A stretch of 45,560 nucleotides of DNA from an uncultured Arenibacter sp. (GTDB lineage Bacteria > Bacteroidota > Bacteroidia > Flavobacteriales > Flavobacteriaceae). The notes beneath the pieces were generated by a model, which saw nothing but the letters and a program-made list of their open reading frames with translations, did no database searches and was not told where the DNA came from. The DNA lies in NCBI GenBank assembly GCA_963972175.1, contig CAXAVP010000001.1, positions 1 to 45,560 of the forward strand, given 5' to 3'. Shown piece after piece: positions 1-10,255 of the stretch (position 1 is its first letter; each line of letters opens with the position of its first letter). A program made the translations under genes and the position numbers.

Positions 1-96
1 TATATTACAATTAATAAAGTAAACACATAAGAAGGGACAAATAAGCCAAGACTACGAAGTTAGTAAAAAAAAAGTGAATTTCCTATTTTATCCACT

Positions 97-774
97 ATGT
101 CAAATCATATAAACGACCAGCCTAAACTACATGTTTATCTAATGCCAGGTATGGCCGCTAATCCATCTATATTTGAGAATATACATTTGCCAGTAGAAAC
201 CTTTGTTATACATTATTTGGACTGGATTATACCGGAAAAAGGTATTAGCCTGGAAGACTATGCCCTTAAAATGTGTAGCTATATAAAGCATAAGGATGCA
301 ATTTTGGTTGGGGTTTCCTTTGGGGGTATATTGGTCCAGGAAATGTCTAAGCTTATCACGGTTAGGAAAGTGATTATTATCTCCAGTGTTAAGGACAATA
401 CAGAACTCCCCAAAAGAATGATCTTTGCCAAGTACACCAATATGCATAAGCTTTTGCCAACAGGTTTGGTAAACAATGTGGAGCTATTGGCCAAATATGC
501 CTTTGGCGAAACAGTAACCAAACGTTTGGACCTATATGAGCAGTATCTATCAATTAGGGACAAGTATTATTTGGACTGGTCTATTCACAATATTGTTAAT
601 TGGAAGCAAAGCAGCCCCCTGAAAAATATAGTTCACATCCACGGTGAAAAGGATCCGGTGTTCCCAATTGGCCATATAAAAGACTGTATAAATGTTAAGA
701 ATGGCACCCACACCATGATAATTCATAGGTTTAGATGGTTTAATGAGCACTTGCCCACAATTATTTTGCAATAA
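97..774 (+). CDS. Alpha/beta-fold hydrolase
   Basis: 225-aa ORF with N-terminal LMPGMAA, nucleophile elbow GVSFGG, HIHGEKD and GTH acid/His motifs. Confidence 0.85.
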   Translation: MSNHINDQPKLHVYLMPGMAANPSIFENIHLPVETFVIHYLDWIIPEKGISLEDYALKMCSYIKHKDAILVGVSFGGILVQEMSKLITVRKVIIISSVKDNTELPKRMIFAKYTNMHKLLPTGLVNNVELLAKYAFGETVTKRLDLYEQYLSIRDKYYLDWSIHNIVNWKQSSPLKNIVHIHGEKDPVFPIGHIKDCINVKNGTHTMIIHRFRWFNEHLPTIILQ

Positions 775-898
775 GGCAGTTCTATTTAATATCTTTGAGG
801 AATACCCAAATAGATTGTCTTACTATTGAGGGAGACTTTAAAGGATTTATTGGGACGTAAGAAGGTGGTGGTTTAATTAAAATCTAATAATTGTACAA

Positions 899-1855
899 AT
901 GAAAATTATTAAAAATGTTTTGATGTTATTGGGGGTTTTCTTCGTGGGAAGCACCTTAATATTTGCCGTGCAGAATCAATATAAGGAAACGGATATGATA
1001 TTGGAAAAGTCCAATCCAAAAAGCGATGGTAGTAATAATGAGGGGTACCGCATAACGGCCATTGACATTCCGGAGGATTTAAATTTTGCGGGGGAGCCCG
1101 TGCCTTTTGATGATCCAGAAGTGCTGGAGCGGGTAGATAGGGAATTTCTAGTGAACACCTATTGGCAATCCAATGCCCTATTGCTTATGAAAAGGGCCAA
1201 TAAATATTTTCCCATTATAGAGCCAATACTTAAAAAAAACGGGATACCGGAAGATTTTAAGTATTTGGCATTGGCAGAAAGCGGACTTCAGAATGTAGTA
1301 TCACCAGCAGGAGCTACCGGTTTTTGGCAGATTATGAAAGCTACAGGAAGGGAATACGGCCTAGAAGTAAATTCCAATGTAGATGAAAGATATCATATAG
1401 AAAAATCTACCGAGGTGGCATGCAGGTATTTAAAAAAATCCAAGGAGCGCTTTGGAAGCTGGACCCTGGCGGCGGCGGCCTATAACGCCGGCGCAGGCGG
1501 AATTAGAAAATATATGGGGATCCAAAAGGTAGATGGGTATTACGATCTTTTATTGGGAGAAGAAACTGGCAGATACGTATTTAGAATATTGGCCATTAAA
1601 GAAATTCTTTCCGATCCTGAGAAATACGGATTTCACTTGGAAAAAGATGATATGTACACCGCGGTACCAACCTTTAATGTGGAAGTTGACGAGCCTATAG
1701 CCAATTTTGCCGATTTTGCCAAGGAATACGACATAAATTATAAGATTTTAAAACGGCACAACCCTTGGTTAAGGGAGCCACACCTTAACAACGCCTCCAA
1801 AAAGAAATACATCATTGAGGTCCCCGTTAAAGGGTATTATAAAATATCCAAATAA
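899..1855 (+). CDS. Lytic murein transglycosylase (SLT domain, MltD-like)
   Basis: ALAESGL catalytic Glu motif, GATGFWQIM, AAAAYNAG and EETGRYV motifs; N-terminal hydrophobic anchor. Confidence 0.9.
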   Translation: MKIIKNVLMLLGVFFVGSTLIFAVQNQYKETDMILEKSNPKSDGSNNEGYRITAIDIPEDLNFAGEPVPFDDPEVLERVDREFLVNTYWQSNALLLMKRANKYFPIIEPILKKNGIPEDFKYLALAESGLQNVVSPAGATGFWQIMKATGREYGLEVNSNVDERYHIEKSTEVACRYLKKSKERFGSWTLAAAAYNAGAGGIRKYMGIQKVDGYYDLLLGEETGRYVFRILAIKEILSDPEKYGFHLEKDDMYTAVPTFNVEVDEPIANFADFAKEYDINYKILKRHNPWLREPHLNNASKKKYIIEVPVKGYYKISK

Positions 1856-3318
1856 TGACGACTTTCCTAAATGACAACCTATGGTCATTGGTTTTAGGAG
1901 TTAATTACATATTGGTTATCGTTTTTTCGGTCTTGATCGTTCTTAAAAATAAGAATCCGGTCAAGACCTTATCATATCTTTTTGTTTTGGCAACACTGCC
2001 ATTTGTTGGTTTACTGGTATATTATTTCTTTGGACAGGACTACAGAAAGGATAAGATATTTGAAAAAAAGTATGTTGAAGATAATGAGCGACTTAAAAGG
2101 TGGCGCAATAAATTTAGCCTGGATAGAGAGGAAAGACAGGACCTAAAAAAGGTTTTTGGAGAAGGTGTATATAAGGTATACCAACTAATGAGAAACAATG
2201 AAAAGGCTGTTCTCACTTTTGACAACGAGGTGGACATCCTTATTAATGGAGAGGAAAAATTTAAGTACTTAAGGAAAGACCTGGCCAATGCCAAAAAGCA
2301 TATTCACCTAGAATATTTTGTTTTGTTTGACAAGGGATTGGGCAGTGAAATTATAGATATCTTATGTAAAAAAGCCCAAGAAGGCGTTAGTGTAAGGTTA
2401 ATATATGACGATGTGGGGAGCGATATTTCTGCTGCATCAAAAAGAAAACTTTCCAAAAATGGGGTGCAGCATTACCCCTTTATGCCCGTTTTATTTTCTA
2501 ATTCTACCAGTAAATTAAATTATAGGGACCATAGAAAAATAGTGGTCATAGATGCTTCTATAGGCTATGTAGGCGGAATTAATATAGATCAAAAATACGA
2601 CAACAGTTTTGACAACAAAAGATATTGGAGAGATACCCATTTACGAATAAAAGGTGGGGCAGTAGGGGCTTTGCAATCCTCATTTATATTAAGTTGGAAT
2701 TTTGCTGCTGCCGATAATATAGAAATAGATACCAAATTATTGCCGGAACACAAACCCGATCCCCATGAACCCATAGCCGTGCAAATGGCTTCTAGTGGAC
2801 CTGATAGCGATTGGGCAAATATTATGGAGGCAATTTTCTGTGCCATAAATTCGGCCAATAAAAGCATCCTGATCACAACCCCTTACTTTATACCCAATAG
2901 CCAAATATTAACCTCCCTTACAACAGCCGCTAGAAGTGGTGTGGACATTAAGGTAATTTTGCCCTATGAGTCAGATTCATGGGCCGCCCAATATGCAACC
3001 GACTCCTATATAGAAGAGTGCCTAGAGTCCGGAATAAAAATATTTAGATATCGCAAAGGTTTTGTGCACGCCAAAACCTTGGTTATAGATGACGTGCTTT
3101 CCAGTATTGGAACCGCTAATTTGGACTATAGAAGTTTTTCTATGAATTTTGAGATCAATGCACTGATCTATAACAAGGGAATAAACCGCAAGATGCGGGA
3201 ACAGTTCAATGAAGACCTTAATGATTGCGATGAAGTCTTATTGGAGCGATGGAAGAATAGAAACATAAAAAGAAAACTTCAGGAGTCGTTTAGCAGGCTA
3301 TGGGCCCCATTACTTTAA
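1855..3318 (+). CDS. cls: Cardiolipin synthase
   Basis: Two N-terminal TM helices and two PLD HKD motifs (HRKIVVID, HAKTLVID); start overlaps the upstream stop (TAATG). Confidence 0.93.
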   Translation: MTTFLNDNLWSLVLGVNYILVIVFSVLIVLKNKNPVKTLSYLFVLATLPFVGLLVYYFFGQDYRKDKIFEKKYVEDNERLKRWRNKFSLDREERQDLKKVFGEGVYKVYQLMRNNEKAVLTFDNEVDILINGEEKFKYLRKDLANAKKHIHLEYFVLFDKGLGSEIIDILCKKAQEGVSVRLIYDDVGSDISAASKRKLSKNGVQHYPFMPVLFSNSTSKLNYRDHRKIVVIDASIGYVGGINIDQKYDNSFDNKRYWRDTHLRIKGGAVGALQSSFILSWNFAAADNIEIDTKLLPEHKPDPHEPIAVQMASSGPDSDWANIMEAIFCAINSANKSILITTPYFIPNSQILTSLTTAARSGVDIKVILPYESDSWAAQYATDSYIEECLESGIKIFRYRKGFVHAKTLVIDDVLSSIGTANLDYRSFSMNFEINALIYNKGINRKMREQFNEDLNDCDEVLLERWKNRNIKRKLQESFSRLWAPLL

Positions 3319-3328
3319 TATGAACCAT

Positions 3329-3368
3329 AAAAAAAAGGACAACGTTCGTGGAATGTTGTCCTTTTTTT
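3329..3368. terminator. Bidirectional intrinsic terminator between convergent genes
   Basis: A8-GGACAACGTTC-GTG-GAATGTTGTCC-T7 hairpin between cls and the minus-strand ORF. Confidence 0.88.
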
Positions 3369-3390
3369 GTGTTTATTAAAATGTCTGATT

Positions 3391-3906
3391 TTAAATTTTC
3401 TTTAATTGCTGCTGCATCATTTTAATCTGTTCGGATAACATATTTTGTTTATCCAACTTTTTAGCTTCGTTCAAAAGGGTAGTGGCTTCCCGTTTTCTCC
3501 TTTTTTGCATAGCTATACCCGCCAAACTTAGCTTGGCCATGGCCACATCATAATCCATATTAAGACCAAACTTCAATGCTTTTTTAAAATATTTCTCAGC
3601 CTGGGTAAGATTGGTCTGCGAAAATATAATACCATTTAGATAATTATAGTAGCCATTCTGTTTCTGGGTAAGGGCCGTATCCGGATTTTTTATTTTATCG
3701 AGCCATTTTTTTGTTCCTTCCAAATCCTGTTTTCGCATCTTTAAAAAGGCCAAAAGGATGATTTCATTCCTAAAATAGAGGAAAATAAATATGGAGGACA
3801 GTAGAATCAAGGAAATCCCGTTTCCAATATTACCCTCCATGAATTGATAGACCGCATACGCAATAATAAGAGCCGCGATAACTAATTTTAAATTTTTGTT
3901 GAACAT
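3391..3906 (-). CDS. Membrane-anchored TPR-like helical protein
   Basis: Two N-terminal TM segments, then TPR-like helices (YYNYLNGII...AEKYFKKALK). Confidence 0.7.
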   Translation of the reverse strand: MFNKNLKLVIAALIIAYAVYQFMEGNIGNGISLILLSSIFIFLYFRNEIILLAFLKMRKQDLEGTKKWLDKIKNPDTALTQKQNGYYNYLNGIIFSQTNLTQAEKYFKKALKFGLNMDYDVAMAKLSLAGIAMQKRRKREATTLLNEAKKLDKQNMLSEQIKMMQQQLKKI

Positions 3907-3908
3907 AT

Positions 3909-4793
3909 TTAATTGTTAATTAATTGGTAAGTTACTTTAGATTTTATGGTTGTTGGTATTTCCTGTCCCGGCATTTGAGGCATGGAGGACACTCCATTGG
4001 ATTGCCCTTCTACTGTCATGTTGGTAATAAAGCCCGAAGAAACATCTGCAAGGATCATGGTTGTCTGCGCTCCCTTAAGTTCCATGCTAGTATTAGGGTC
4101 GTTAATATTCATCAATACCGTAGCCTTTCCACTTATTCTTGCCTCCTTGCCAGCCAAGCTTTCCAAGGTCCAAGTATTAACGGTTTTTAATTTACCGTCA
4201 TAGGCATTCTCCCATTGATCATTTACTTCCACTTTCTTATCTGGATAAATAAAGGTCATTTGCTTATAACTATTGGATAAGGCCTCAGATCCAAATTCAT
4301 TTTCCAGGGATTTCTTCATCATATTAATAGAAAACTCATCCTCCAAACCAGAAGCCCTGGCCATTTTGGCTACCAAGCTATCCCCGCCCACCACTTTAAG
4401 GATGTTCCCATTCTTGGCCAACACTATTTTTACGGGATTGTCCAAAATGGTATTGAATATTTTAGATTGCATGTCCTGAGAGTTCACCTCTTTAGCCTTT
4501 ACATTCATTAATTCCCCCTGAATACTGGAAGTCATTCTTAGATTTAGATCCTTAAAAGTCAAGGCAACATCGTAGCCCAAATCATTCGATTCTAGAACTT
4601 TAAATTCTAGAATGCCATCAATATGGTTAATGATCTCGTGGGTGGCACCGTCCAATTCCTGAACAATCTTTTGTTCGGCATCCTGTTTAATCTTAAAGAC
4701 ATCCCCTTTTTTTAAGTGATATTGTAATGTCGTCTGCCCAAAAACAACCGTTTGGCAAAGGAAGCAAACCAACAAAAATAGAAAGCGAGTCAT
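3909..4793 (-). CDS. Exported hypothetical protein (DUF6263-like)
   Basis: Signal peptide MTRFLFLLVCFLCQTVVFG (ATG 4793 preferred over TTG 4799); LxYxLKKG and YPDKKVEVNDQW patterns recalled for this family. Confidence 0.6.
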   Translation of the reverse strand: MTRFLFLLVCFLCQTVVFGQTTLQYHLKKGDVFKIKQDAEQKIVQELDGATHEIINHIDGILEFKVLESNDLGYDVALTFKDLNLRMTSSIQGELMNVKAKEVNSQDMQSKIFNTILDNPVKIVLAKNGNILKVVGGDSLVAKMARASGLEDEFSINMMKKSLENEFGSEALSNSYKQMTFIYPDKKVEVNDQWENAYDGKLKTVNTWTLESLAGKEARISGKATVLMNINDPNTSMELKGAQTTMILADVSSGFITNMTVEGQSNGVSSMPQMPGQEIPTTIKSKVTYQLINN

Positions 4794-4822
4794 GTTCAAG
4801 ATTCATTCTGATTAAGCCCATG

Positions 4823-4830
4823 CAAAAGTA
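4823..4830 (-). promoter_or_regulatory. Bacteroidota sigma-A -7 element for the minus-strand pair
   Basis: Minus strand TACTTTTG matches TAnnTTTG, about 30 nt upstream of ATG 4793. Confidence 0.55.
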
Positions 4831-4887
4831 ATAAAATCCTATTGGCCTAACAGCTGGCAGTCATAAAAAAATATTTTTTTAATTAGA

Positions 4888-4918
4888 TTTGCCAATGCAA
4901 AAACTCTTTGTATATTTG
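4888..4918 (+). promoter_or_regulatory. Bacteroidota sigma-A promoter of rpmH
   Basis: TTTG (4888-4891), 19-nt spacer, TATATTTG (4911-4918): full -33/-7 consensus. Confidence 0.8.
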
Positions 4919-5001
4919 CACCCGGATTTTGCTCTGGATTAAAGCAAAATTCAAAAAAAATATCAAAAAGAAATTTAAGCTGACTATAAAAATACGCTAC
5001 G

Positions 5002-5163
5002 ATGAGCAAAAGAACATTTCAACCATCAAAAAGGAAGAGAAAAAACAAACATGGTTTTAGAGAACGTATGGCTTCTGTTAATGGAAGAAAGGTTCTAGCT
5101 AGAAGAAGAGCTAAAGGAAGAAAGAAATTAACTGTATCTTCTGAACTGAAGCACAAAAAATAA
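5002..5163 (+). CDS. rpmH: 50S ribosomal protein L34 (not in ORF track)
   Basis: Manual translation [53 protein letters not shown] (53 aa). Confidence 0.98.
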   Translation: MSKRTFQPSKRKRKNKHGFRERMASVNGRKVLARRRAKGRKKLTVSSELKHKK

Positions 5164-5189
5164 TGATTATATTGTTTTTTTAAAATAAC

Positions 5190-5225
5190 AAGGTGTTACT
5201 TTTTCCAGAGTAGCACCTTTTTTTT
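5190..5225 (+). terminator. Intrinsic terminator after rpmH
   Basis: AAGGTGTTACT...AGTAGCACCTT stem followed by a T-run. Confidence 0.8.
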
Positions 5226-5264
5226 GCCCAATTCCCTTTTTTTATATTGTAAATTTAAAGTAAC

Positions 5265-8117
5265 ATGCCCAAAAGAAAAGATTTAAATTCTATTTTAATT
5301 ATTGGTTCTGGTCCTATCGTAATTGGTCAGGCCTGTGAGTTCGATTATTCTGGTACACAAGCCTTACGGTCATTGAGAGAAGATGGCATAGAAACAATTC
5401 TTATCAATAGTAATCCTGCCACTATCATGACCGACCCCACGATGGCGGATCATGTATATTTAAAACCTTTGACCACAAAATCCCTGATAGAGATATTGGA
5501 AATTCATCCCAATATAGATGCGGTTTTACCCACAATGGGTGGCCAAACAGCTCTAAACTTGTGTATTGAAGCAGACACCAAGGGAATATGGGAAGATTAT
5601 GATGTTAAAATTATTGGTGTTGATATAGATGCCATCAACATCACCGAAGACCGGGAAAAGTTCCGTGAACTAATGCTTAAAATAGGTGTTGGTATGGCGC
5701 CACAGGCTACTGCCACATCATTTTTAAAAGGTAAGGAAATAGCCCAGGAATTTGGTTTTCCTTTGGTTATCAGGGCATCCTATACCCTTGGGGGAGCAGG
5801 AGCATCCATAGTGTACAAACCCGAGGATTTTGACGAACTCCTTAGTCATGGCTTGGAAATCTCCCCAATTCATGAGGTGATGATTGATAAGGCCTTAATG
5901 GGTTGGAAAGAGTATGAATTGGAATTGCTTAGGGACAAGAATGACAACGTGGTCATAATTTGTACTATAGAAAATATGGACCCAATGGGGATACATACCG
6001 GGGATTCCATTACCGTAGCCCCAGCCATGACCTTATCAGACAAAACGTTCCAGAAGATGCGGGATATGGCCATTAAAATGATGCGTAGCATTGGTGATTT
6101 CGCAGGAGGTTGTAACGTTCAGTTTGCGGTTAGTCCAGATGAAAAAGAAGATATAATTGCCATAGAAATTAACCCAAGGGTTTCTAGGTCATCTGCATTG
6201 GCTTCCAAAGCCACGGGGTACCCCATCGCTAAAATTGCAGCAAAGTTGGCAATAGGATATAATTTGGATGAGTTGGGCAACCAGATCACCAAATCTACTT
6301 CCGCCTTATTTGAGCCTACTTTAGATTATGTGATTGTAAAGATACCGCGTTGGAATTTTGATAAATTTGAAGGCTCGGACAGAACTTTGGGACTTCAAAT
6401 GAAGTCTGTTGGGGAAGTCATGGGTATAGGCCGATCTTTCCAGGAAGCACTGCACAAAGCTACCCAATCCTTGGAAATAAAGAGGAATGGTCTAGGCGCC
6501 GACGGTAAGGGATACACCAATTATGATGAAATAATCAGCAAACTTACCATACCTAGTTGGGATAGGGTTTTTGTTATATATGACGCCATACAATTGGGCA
6601 TTCCTCTAAGTAGGATCCATGAAATCACCAAAATTGACATGTGGTTCCTAAAGCAATATGAAGAACTTTACCAACTGGAAAAAGAAATTTCCAACTACAA
6701 TATAGAATCGCTTACCAAAGATTTACTCTTAGAGGCTAAACAAAAGGGGTTTGCAGATAGGCAAATTGCCCATATGGTAGATTGTTATGAAAGTGAAGTA
6801 TACAACAAACGTGTAGCCCTGAACATTAATAGGATCTACAAATTGGTTGATACCTGTGCCGCAGAATTTAAGGCCATGACTCCTTATTACTACTCTACCT
6901 TTGAAGCAGAAATAGAAACTCCTGACGGAAATAAATTTGTAGAGAACGATAGTGTCGTAACCGATAAGAAAAAAATTGTAGTCTTGGGCTCTGGACCTAA
7001 CCGTATAGGCCAGGGAATAGAATTTGATTATTGCTGTGTACACGGTGTTTTGGCCGCATCGGAATGTGGTTATGAGACCATTATGATCAATTGTAATCCG
7101 GAAACGGTTTCCACTGATTTTGACATCTCTGACAAACTCTATTTTGAACCGGTATTCTGGGAGCATATCTACGATATTATTAGACATGAAAAACCAGAGG
7201 GGGTAATAGTACAGCTTGGAGGGCAAACAGCGCTGAAACTTGCAGAAAAATTAGAAAAATACGGTATTAAGATCCTTGGAACCAGTTTTAGTGCACTGGA
7301 TTTGGCCGAAGATCGTGGAAGCTTTTCCAATCTCTTGGCAGAGAACAATATTCCATTCCCAAAATTTGGGGTTGCCGAAACGGCAGATGAAGCCCTAACA
7401 CTTTCGGATGAGTTGGACTTCCCATTATTGGTAAGACCATCCTACGTTTTGGGAGGACAAGGAATGAAAATTGTGATCAACAAAGAGGAACTGGAGTCTC
7501 ATGTAGTGGACCTATTACGTAAGATACCCAATAACAAATTACTGCTAGACCACTATTTGGACGGAGCCATAGAGGCCGAAGCCGATGCTATTTGTGATGG
7601 GGAGGATGTATACATTATAGGTATAATGGAGCATATTGAACCATGTGGCATCCATTCTGGTGACTCCAATGCAACTTTGCCACCCTTTAACCTAGGTGAA
7701 TTTGTAATGCAACAGATTAAGGACCATACCAAGAAAATTGCCTTGGCATTGAACACGGTTGGGCTAATCAACATACAGTTTGCTATTAAGGATGATATTG
7801 TATACATCATAGAAGCTAACCCAAGAGCTTCCAGAACAGTACCTTTTATTGCAAAGGCTTATAAAGAGCCTTATGTAAATTATGCTACCAAAGTAATGCT
7901 GGGAGCTAAAAAGGTTAAGGATTTTAATTTTAATCCTAAACTGGAAGGGTACGCTATAAAACAACCGGTATTCTCATTTAATAAATTCCCTAACGTAAAT
8001 AAGAATTTAGGACCTGAAATGAAGAGTACAGGTGAGAGTATTTTGTTTGTAGACAGTCTAAAAGACGATGAGTTTTACAACTTATATTCTAGACGAAAAA
8101 TGTATCTGAGCAAGTAA
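5265..8117 (+). CDS. carB: Carbamoyl-phosphate synthase large subunit (short form, no MGS domain)
   Basis: IGSGPIVIGQACEFDYSG, two ATP-grasp halves (EINPRVSRSS, EANPRASRT), ends shortly after LGPEMKSTGE. Confidence 0.97.
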   Translation: MPKRKDLNSILIIGSGPIVIGQACEFDYSGTQALRSLREDGIETILINSNPATIMTDPTMADHVYLKPLTTKSLIEILEIHPNIDAVLPTMGGQTALNLCIEADTKGIWEDYDVKIIGVDIDAINITEDREKFRELMLKIGVGMAPQATATSFLKGKEIAQEFGFPLVIRASYTLGGAGASIVYKPEDFDELLSHGLEISPIHEVMIDKALMGWKEYELELLRDKNDNVVIICTIENMDPMGIHTGDSITVAPAMTLSDKTFQKMRDMAIKMMRSIGDFAGGCNVQFAVSPDEKEDIIAIEINPRVSRSSALASKATGYPIAKIAAKLAIGYNLDELGNQITKSTSALFEPTLDYVIVKIPRWNFDKFEGSDRTLGLQMKSVGEVMGIGRSFQEALHKATQSLEIKRNGLGADGKGYTNYDEIISKLTIPSWDRVFVIYDAIQLGIPLSRIHEITKIDMWFLKQYEELYQLEKEISNYNIESLTKDLLLEAKQKGFADRQIAHMVDCYESEVYNKRVALNINRIYKLVDTCAAEFKAMTPYYYSTFEAEIETPDGNKFVENDSVVTDKKKIVVLGSGPNRIGQGIEFDYCCVHGVLAASECGYETIMINCNPETVSTDFDISDKLYFEPVFWEHIYDIIRHEKPEGVIVQLGGQTALKLAEKLEKYGIKILGTSFSALDLAEDRGSFSNLLAENNIPFPKFGVAETADEALTLSDELDFPLLVRPSYVLGGQGMKIVINKEELESHVVDLLRKIPNNKLLLDHYLDGAIEAEADAICDGEDVYIIGIMEHIEPCGIHSGDSNATLPPFNLGEFVMQQIKDHTKKIALALNTVGLINIQFAIKDDIVYIIEANPRASRTVPFIAKAYKEPYVNYATKVMLGAKKVKDFNFNPKLEGYAIKQPVFSFNKFPNVNKNLGPEMKSTGESILFVDSLKDDEFYNLYSRRKMYLSK

Positions 8118-8162
8118 ATCACTTTATTTACAGAGGTTGTAGGGGCAGTGTTCCCTAATAAA

Positions 8163-8207
8163 AGAAACTCCTTTTTCCAGTGTAATTCCTGGAAAAAGGA
8201 GTTTTCT
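8163..8207. terminator. Likely bidirectional terminator between carB and the peptidase gene
   Basis: AACTCCTTTTTCCAG ... CTGGAAAAAGGAGTT inverted repeat between convergent genes. Confidence 0.8.
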
Positions 8208-8285
8208 ATTTGTAAAGGTGTAAGAGTATATATTACTCAAATAAACTACACTACTAATTTATCCCAAATGCCTTACGACAAATAG

Positions 8286-10133
8286 CTATTCAGAGGCTTC
8301 TTTAAAGGCTGCCTCTCCACCAACTATTGGCAACGTAAGGGTAGTGGCATCAAGGTCTACCGATAATTCGGTCCCTGGTTCCGGCCATAGGGTAAATTCC
8401 CTATCGGTAGAAAAAATCATGAGTCCGATCTGTTGTCCTTTTGGTATGATTTGATCATCCGGTATTAAATCAAATGACACCTCATAAAATTTTCCGGGAA
8501 CCAAGGGTTCTCCCTTGGTAATAGAGCTATGGTTCTGCGGATCTGCCCAACCTCGTGTAATAATATTGTTGGTAATCTTTGCATTTTTACTGTCATCCCA
8601 AGGCAGGGAAACCAGCCATACCGATAAATTGGCCGCAGCCTTACTACTAGATAATGAAATACTTATTTTTGGCGTGCCGGAGAGATGAATATCCTCTGTA
8701 AGCTTAGGCGAAACATAAAGCAGGCGATGATTCGTATTTTCGGCCTTTGCCAAGGTTGCTCCGGAAAATGAAAAATTATCAACTAGGGTTTCAACACCTT
8801 GACCCATTTTCTTTTGAAGGCTTATAGTTCCTTTTTCAGGGGCTCCTTGTTGTAGATAAAAAGTAACCGCTGAGGCTTCTGGGTTAGGGTAGTCCTCATA
8901 GGGCGTCGGATTTTTTTTATCGTCATTTTCACGTACGATCCACGACTTGGGATCTTCTTCAACTCCGTTTTGAATACCGTGAAGGTATCTTGTGAACCAT
9001 CTGTTCATCATCTTTAGTGGGGGCTCTCCACCATGTCCATTCTGATGGTAATATATCTGGGTTGGCAGCCCTTTATCCTTGGCTGCCTTATAGATCCTAT
9101 AGCTGTGCTCTGGCATCACATTCCAATCATTAAAACCATGTGCCATCAATAAGGCAGCCTTCATAGGCTCCATATCATGTAAATAATCCCGACCTTTCCA
9201 AAAATCATTATAATCTCCGGTTATCCTATCCATACCATTTTTCATCTCAGTATCCCTAACCACCTTATTACTGTAGGCACGTTTGGACTCATCCCCACTA
9301 TGTATAAAGTCGTATAAAACATCTATATCTTCTCCCAGATAGCCCCCTGGTGAACGTACCAGACCATTGGACCGATAGTAGTGATAGTAGGAAGTATTGG
9401 GAGCAATGGGGATAATAGCCTCCAAGCCTTTGACTCCCGTTGTTGCCGCTGCCAAAGGAATGGTCCCATTATAGGAGGTTCCTGTCATACCAACTTTACC
9501 GGTAGACCAGTACGCCTTCACCTTTTCGTTGCCATAAGGCTCCGTATAGCCCTTTCCACGACCGCACAACCAGTCTATTACCGCCTTTGGCGCCAAGGAC
9601 TCATTGTCTCCCCCAACAGTAGGTGACCCTTGTGAAAGTCCTGTACCAGGGGAAGAGGAGTGCACCACAATATACCCCCTAGGCACCCATTTTTGGATAT
9701 GGGAATTAGATATTATTGGTCTTTCCCCTATTCGTGTTACAACAGGATGCAAACGCTTCTTTGGAGTAGCTCCCAGTTCATGTCTTACATCCCAAAAAAT
9801 ATCCTGTAAGTTAGGTGCAACCCCTGCAAAATAGGGACTACTAATATAAATAACTGGTAATTTAAGGCCTTCTGTTTCCGTTTGTTGTGGCCTTGTGACT
9901 GATACGTGCATTCTATCCTTTTTCCCATCACCATCCGTGTCAAATTCAGTTTCAACCCAAAGATCATGACGTAACCACATTGTTTCATCATTAAATCCAG
10001 GTACCACCTGGGCCTCACCATCCTTAAAAATAGGAACGGATTTTGTTTCCAATACAGCTTCCTTTTTCTGGGCACTGACAAGTGATAGGAAGCCAAATAA
10101 AAAAATTAAAATTGTAATGTTGTTCTTTTTCAT
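8286..10133 (-). CDS. Secreted Xaa-Pro dipeptidyl-peptidase (peptidase S15 / CocE-NonD family)
   Basis: Signal peptide; DTDGDGKKD, SPYFAG, AVIDWL, catalytic GTSYNG, HGFNDWNV and GH motifs; PepX-like C-terminal domain. Confidence 0.88.
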   Translation of the reverse strand: MKKNNITILIFLFGFLSLVSAQKKEAVLETKSVPIFKDGEAQVVPGFNDETMWLRHDLWVETEFDTDGDGKKDRMHVSVTRPQQTETEGLKLPVIYISSPYFAGVAPNLQDIFWDVRHELGATPKKRLHPVVTRIGERPIISNSHIQKWVPRGYIVVHSSSPGTGLSQGSPTVGGDNESLAPKAVIDWLCGRGKGYTEPYGNEKVKAYWSTGKVGMTGTSYNGTIPLAAATTGVKGLEAIIPIAPNTSYYHYYRSNGLVRSPGGYLGEDIDVLYDFIHSGDESKRAYSNKVVRDTEMKNGMDRITGDYNDFWKGRDYLHDMEPMKAALLMAHGFNDWNVMPEHSYRIYKAAKDKGLPTQIYYHQNGHGGEPPLKMMNRWFTRYLHGIQNGVEEDPKSWIVRENDDKKNPTPYEDYPNPEASAVTFYLQQGAPEKGTISLQKKMGQGVETLVDNFSFSGATLAKAENTNHRLLYVSPKLTEDIHLSGTPKISISLSSSKAAANLSVWLVSLPWDDSKNAKITNNIITRGWADPQNHSSITKGEPLVPGKFYEVSFDLIPDDQIIPKGQQIGLMIFSTDREFTLWPEPGTELSVDLDATTLTLPIVGGEAAFKEASE

Positions 10134-10255
10134 AAATGTATATTGATTAATGTGCTAAAGTCGTGTTTCTAGGGTAGAATTGGCGAAAATAAGCTCGTTT
10201 TGCCTAAGCTCCAAAAAGATGGGTATCCTTGTTTTTTTTATTTCCCAATATCTTT

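Noticed and set aside
4981-5264. Replication origin next to rpmH
   Set aside because: No dnaA gene or DnaA-box cluster seen; the spacer is explained by the rpmH leader and terminator
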